The translations under genes and the position numbers were made by a program. From Paraphysomonas bandaiensis (Eukaryota > Protista > Chrysophyceae), in contig CBFFRP010000373.1 of the NCBI GenBank assembly GCA_965644295.1, forward strand, positions 1 through 64,000: a stretch of DNA of 64,000 nucleotides, given 5' to 3'. The notes beneath the pieces are model-generated. The model was not told the DNA's origin and did not search any database. It worked only from the letters and a program-made list of their open reading frames with translations. Positions 59,642 to 64,000 of this stretch are shown here, piece by piece. Every line of letters begins with the position of its first letter. Positions within the stretch are counted from its first letter, which is position 1.

Positions 59642-59871
59642 TAAGCCTTAAATTTGATTTATTACATTCAACATTCACACAAGATTATTACCTGCAATTT
59701 GTCATATATGTAATGCACTGATACTCAGCTCGCAGAGTCAATGCAGCTACACTAGACTGAAGATTAGAACTCCACGATAGTTATCCCTCAGCCTAAAACT
59801 TAAGGTAACCTGAAGTTGATCTCCTCGTCAAGGAGTGCCAGCCCCCACACAGAATCAGAAAACACATATAT

Positions 59872-59952
59872 TGAAAGTCTTATTATTTAGCAATAGGCGT
59901 TGAAAACCTGCACCAATATAGTGGCTAGTTGAATGCTAGACATACTAGTTAG
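59872..59952 (-). mobile_element. Short LINE 3'-tail/SINE insertion with 18-bp TSD
   Basis: ATCAGAAAACACATATAT at 59854-59871 and 59953-59970; body similar to 7397-7480. Confidence 0.87.
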
Positions 59953-60609
59953 ATCAGAAAACACATATATATATAAAAAGATCAAAATTTCTCCATATAA
60001 GGAATAGCTTTCCATACCTCGTACATACTGCATCAAATAGATTGTGAGTTTACAGTTCACACAGTGATATTAACTTTCGTTGTGTATATGATATATTTCG
60101 CCTTGAATTCATGGATATACTTACGTTGATAACTTGGTCAACCTCATATACCTTTAATATCGAGCCAGCCGTTCACGCACACCTCACTATATTTTCTTAC
60201 GTACATGTATATAGTTAAATCTAATAGTTTTAGTGTTTTTTAATTATATATGTTAATGATGCATATATATAATTCCCAGTTGATTGAGAAGATGGTAACT
60301 TTTGTTATTGTTTAACCTCTGTCATGATGCAGTCTAGACTCTAGAGTTATATTGTTATTCATGAAGAAAAAGATATAAGTGCAAATCAATTTCAAGCTTT
60401 CATACACAACCAGAATACGAAATTCCCGAAAAGACTCAACAGCGTAATGGTATCATCTTCTTTAGATAATCTATCATCAATGGGTACAATACATTTATTC
60501 GACCACGAAAATGCGAGGGGTGACAACGAAATAGTTCAAAGTCAGAAAAAAAATATGAAACAACAACCTGCGCATCGTTTTGAAATCTACAATTTAGATA
60601 CATCTAATA

Positions 60610-62633
60610 CTACTTTCTGCTGTCTATGGGTGAAATATAGGGAACGATGGTGAGTGTCCTATGGCATACTTTATCAGGGGATGCCGAGAGAAGAAGAAAC
60701 ATTTCGCACACTAATGACGGTGACGGCACATCGATTGTACCACTTCCTTTACTACTTCTTATGCGTCCTTCAGCACTAGCCTCACGGCTATCAGTTGTGG
60801 AAATCGGACTACTGCAACGACTTCCAGAACATTTCTTTTCTTTGTCAGCCTCAAATAGATCCTTGAAGGACAACAGTGTTCGTACAGTAGTTTCAAAGCT
60901 CACCAAAGGAGCAATATGGTGTTCTTCACTGCCAATGCTATCTGCAAGGTACAAGTCATACAGCTGAGTCAGCTCCACCAGTGCACTATCCGGTTGCAAT
61001 GTTATTTTAGTCAAACGTTCAGCTGCCCCCCCTCCAGCTCCACCACCGCCACGTAAGCACAAGCCTTCTCCCCCGAAGAGGTCCTCCAGTACAAAAAAAG
61101 CATCACCAGAGGAGTACGTACGCGAAGCCGCAATAAGCAGAAAGCGGAGCAGTAGCTCCACAAATCTTACAGTACTATTTGGCGGCTTTCCCAGCCCTTG
61201 AATAGAAGAGTCAGAATCATGCAATGCTAGATTATTGGCTGTTGGGGAAACGCTCAGAGGAACCTCCACAATTCCATCTGTAGAATGTGAATATAAGAAT
61301 CCCGACGATGGAGGTGTAGGGGAAGGAGGTCTGACATAGGTGTCACGACATGCTTCCAATAATTCGTTGAGAAAATTTGAACCTTCCACACGAGAATTGT
61401 TGACCAAAAATGATTCTCGAACACAATCTTTGAGTGCCTGGTTGGGTGTGGAGAAAACATTAAAAATTTGTCACGATGTAGACACTACAACACAGAGGAA
61501 ATATTACCTGCTTTACGTCCCCGCGCCTAAACGGCTGCAATGGTAGAGGAATTAACGTTAAGTGATCTTTATATTTCGTTCGGTACTTCTCAATAATATC
61601 TCTAGATGATCGATATGACTCGTTCTGCAAAGAGGCTCGAAGTGAAGGGTGTACACACTCCACTACTTCAGCTATTCGACATAACTTTGTGAGAGGTGTT
61701 TTATGTTGTCTTAGCCAAGAGAAAAAGTCCTGTATATGAGGACGAAGCATGCGCAGTGCTTCAAGAGGAGTTGGGGGAGCCTCGTCGGAACCACGCCGTG
61801 CGCGACCAGATTCCATGATAACTAAACATAACCGAGAGGTAAGGGACTGAATCGCGATTGTTATATCTTCAGCTAGAGCAGAGACGCCCAACAGATGCTG
61901 CGCGAGATACTGAAGCCCCACAGGACTGTACTCAGATACTGTCACTGGGAGCAGAGAGAAGGTGTTACATTTGAATGCCAAAAGAGAAAGGAGTAACTTA
62001 GAGCGTTGCCCATCTAATGCCACATCACTTCCTGAATACAAATCGTCACACAATAGACATCCTAGACTGACACAGCACCTGATTCATAGACGGCGAGCTC
62101 GGCGTCAATAAAAAAGGAAAAGAGTTCAACTATAAGTCCCTTGGTTCTGTCCAAAAAAGGAACCCTAGATTCTCCGTAACTATAATGTAATGATTACATT
62201 AGAAATGGGAAAGAATTAGCAGACGCTTACAGTCCAGTTTCTCCCCCAAGAAACGAGGACAGGTGGGGGGTAACGACGAACGGTACTGCAACTTTCATCA
62301 GAGAGTCTAGTCTCGACTTCACACTCTGAATACTCCAACAGTGATTTATACTCTGTATATTATGTTAAATATCAAACGGGATGATGGACAGCACCGCACC
62401 TCAATGAGACATTCGTCGATGATGCTCTTGAGCTTCTCCACCAGCACTGCTGACGAGCGCACGTAATCCTTGCTCGTCAGGTGCTTCTCGACACTATCAA
62501 AAATCTTCGAATGTTTTTTTGGAGCAAATGGCTGCACATTCTGAGTCACACTGGCGATGTCGATGTCATTGCGGCCGAGAGGACTCGTAAGCCTCTGCAG
62601 CACTGCACTGAGATCATATCGGCTCACAGACAT
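60610..62633 (-). CDS. Hypothetical multi-exon protein
   Basis: Collinear ORFs 62346-62633, 61460-62053 and 60610-61407 with plausible GT-AG junctions; no family recognised. Confidence 0.7.
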
Positions 62634-64000
62634 CTGATCGACTATACGGGTTATCTAGTGCAGGGGAAACGCAAATGGGTCCACAGACATCACACTCGCG
62701 GTGGCGTGGACGCGTGTTGATATCTTATCTTTGCAGGTTTATGGTTGCCTTCAGGCAGCGTCTCGACTCTGCTATACTGTACAGTAGGACTGTGTGTTGT
62801 AGTGTGGAGTTGGCTAGCTGCACTGCATACAGTGGTATGCACAGTGGTACAGTTCCATGCGTACTGCTGCACTTGTTTCTTATCAATTCGCTCATATTCA
62901 TTGTCACAAGTTTTTTTTTGTAAAAAATGGCATATCTAGAAAAAAACGGGGTTTTCGTAGGCGATTCCAACTTACTTGAAGAAACAACTTAATCGATCAT
63001 CATTGGGACACTCTTTGAAGTTTCTTGTGGTGGAAACGCTTTAAGTAATGACGTATACACAGGCATCCAAGAGTGAGCCCACCTGATGGGAATACGTGGG
63101 TTTAAGGATGGATGTTGAAGTTACGCCAACTTTCACCTTAAGTACTCTGAAGACCTCAAGTCAGCAGATGTTAGGTGTAGCAACGTTCTACTCGTTCACT
63201 GCATCTCTTTTGAGTGATTAATGTCGAATACATACTTATTAGGCATCTGTGTTGCCAATGACCGAGGTACCACGTGAAACTTTTCTCATGAACATATGGC
63301 AATTGTAATGTAGTTTAATGAGACATGGTACGTCATACCAAGTCTACTGCGTCGTCTCGTTTCCTACAGACTTAAGGTCATAGGTAATAGAAATTGTAAC
63401 AGTTCCTGACACTGTTCTCCAACAAGCAACAAGCAGTGTCAAGTACATTTGTGTTTTTGATATTCAGAGCGGGGGTTTACGGTCTTCTACTAGTGTAGGT
63501 CACTCTAGTGAAGAGTACGACGTAGATACATGTGCTGGTCGAATGCACACCATAGAAGGGAAGACAATAATAATGGAGCCAGCTAAAACTTGTAGCAGGT
63601 TCTTGGTGGAAGTATATTGTATATTGGCCAAAAAATTTATAAGTGAGGTCGATTCATGAACGTTGGAGGAGTCGGCGCTAGATCTACAGTGAACACTACC
63701 TTGTCATTGGTGAGAAGTTTTATCCTGCAGATCAATTTGTTCCTGGTGAAGGGAGAGCTCCTCTGTAGGAGGTAGTATCCTTTTCTCCAACGATGCCCAC
63801 AAAGTGTCATTGGGGAACATGGAGAAATGACGTTCTAAGAGGAAGGTCATTTTATCTCGGGTGAGGTATGAACGCTGAAAGGATGGGGATATTTCTAGCG
63901 TGTCCAATATGTCAGTGAATAATTATATAATTTGATGAGCATGGTGCTGTCAAAAAAAATAATAATTTAACGAAAACTATATACGGCGTATATACATGCT

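Noticed and set aside
63704-63907. Minus-strand ORF near the right edge
   Set aside because: May be an exon of a gene outside the window, but nothing here supports a call

Overview
Eukaryotic nuclear DNA from a compact genome with short GT-AG introns and many head-to-head gene pairs. A stramenopile, possibly a chrysophyte, is my inference from gene content and transposon types. About 17 host genes are recognisable: HIBCH, an LRR protein, TDP1, a bacterial-type MIP aquaporin, an EF-hand two-pore channel, a UBL-SWIM-RING ligase, a hybrid histidine kinase, GCN5, a PX protein, an FAD oxidoreductase, ARGLU1-like, EBP2, a TMEM104-like transporter, MECR-like, a PH protein, VAMP7-like and several unknowns. 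Mobile DNA is diverse: a truncated Copia (367-2129), an intact recent Copia with identical 292-bp LTRs ending TG..TA (44243-49533), a 5'-truncated APE-RT-RNaseH LINE (21189-25947) plus five short LINE/SINE tail insertions, four non-autonomous hAT elements with 8-bp TSDs (one only 51 bp) and a TTAA MITE. The most unusual signals are: (1) two AT-rich virus-like segments (1-366 and 25958-27390) with the same inverted-repeat / AT-box / C-GAA-G hairpin architecture and fully covarying stems, one carrying a NUMOD4-HNH-AP2 endonuclease; (2) a perfect 16-bp inverted repeat covering the Copia gag AUG; (3) a covarying GNRA-capped RNA structure and a shared non-polyA 3' terminus in otherwise divergent LINE tails. 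Coordinates of spliced genes span first to last exon and were read by eye.
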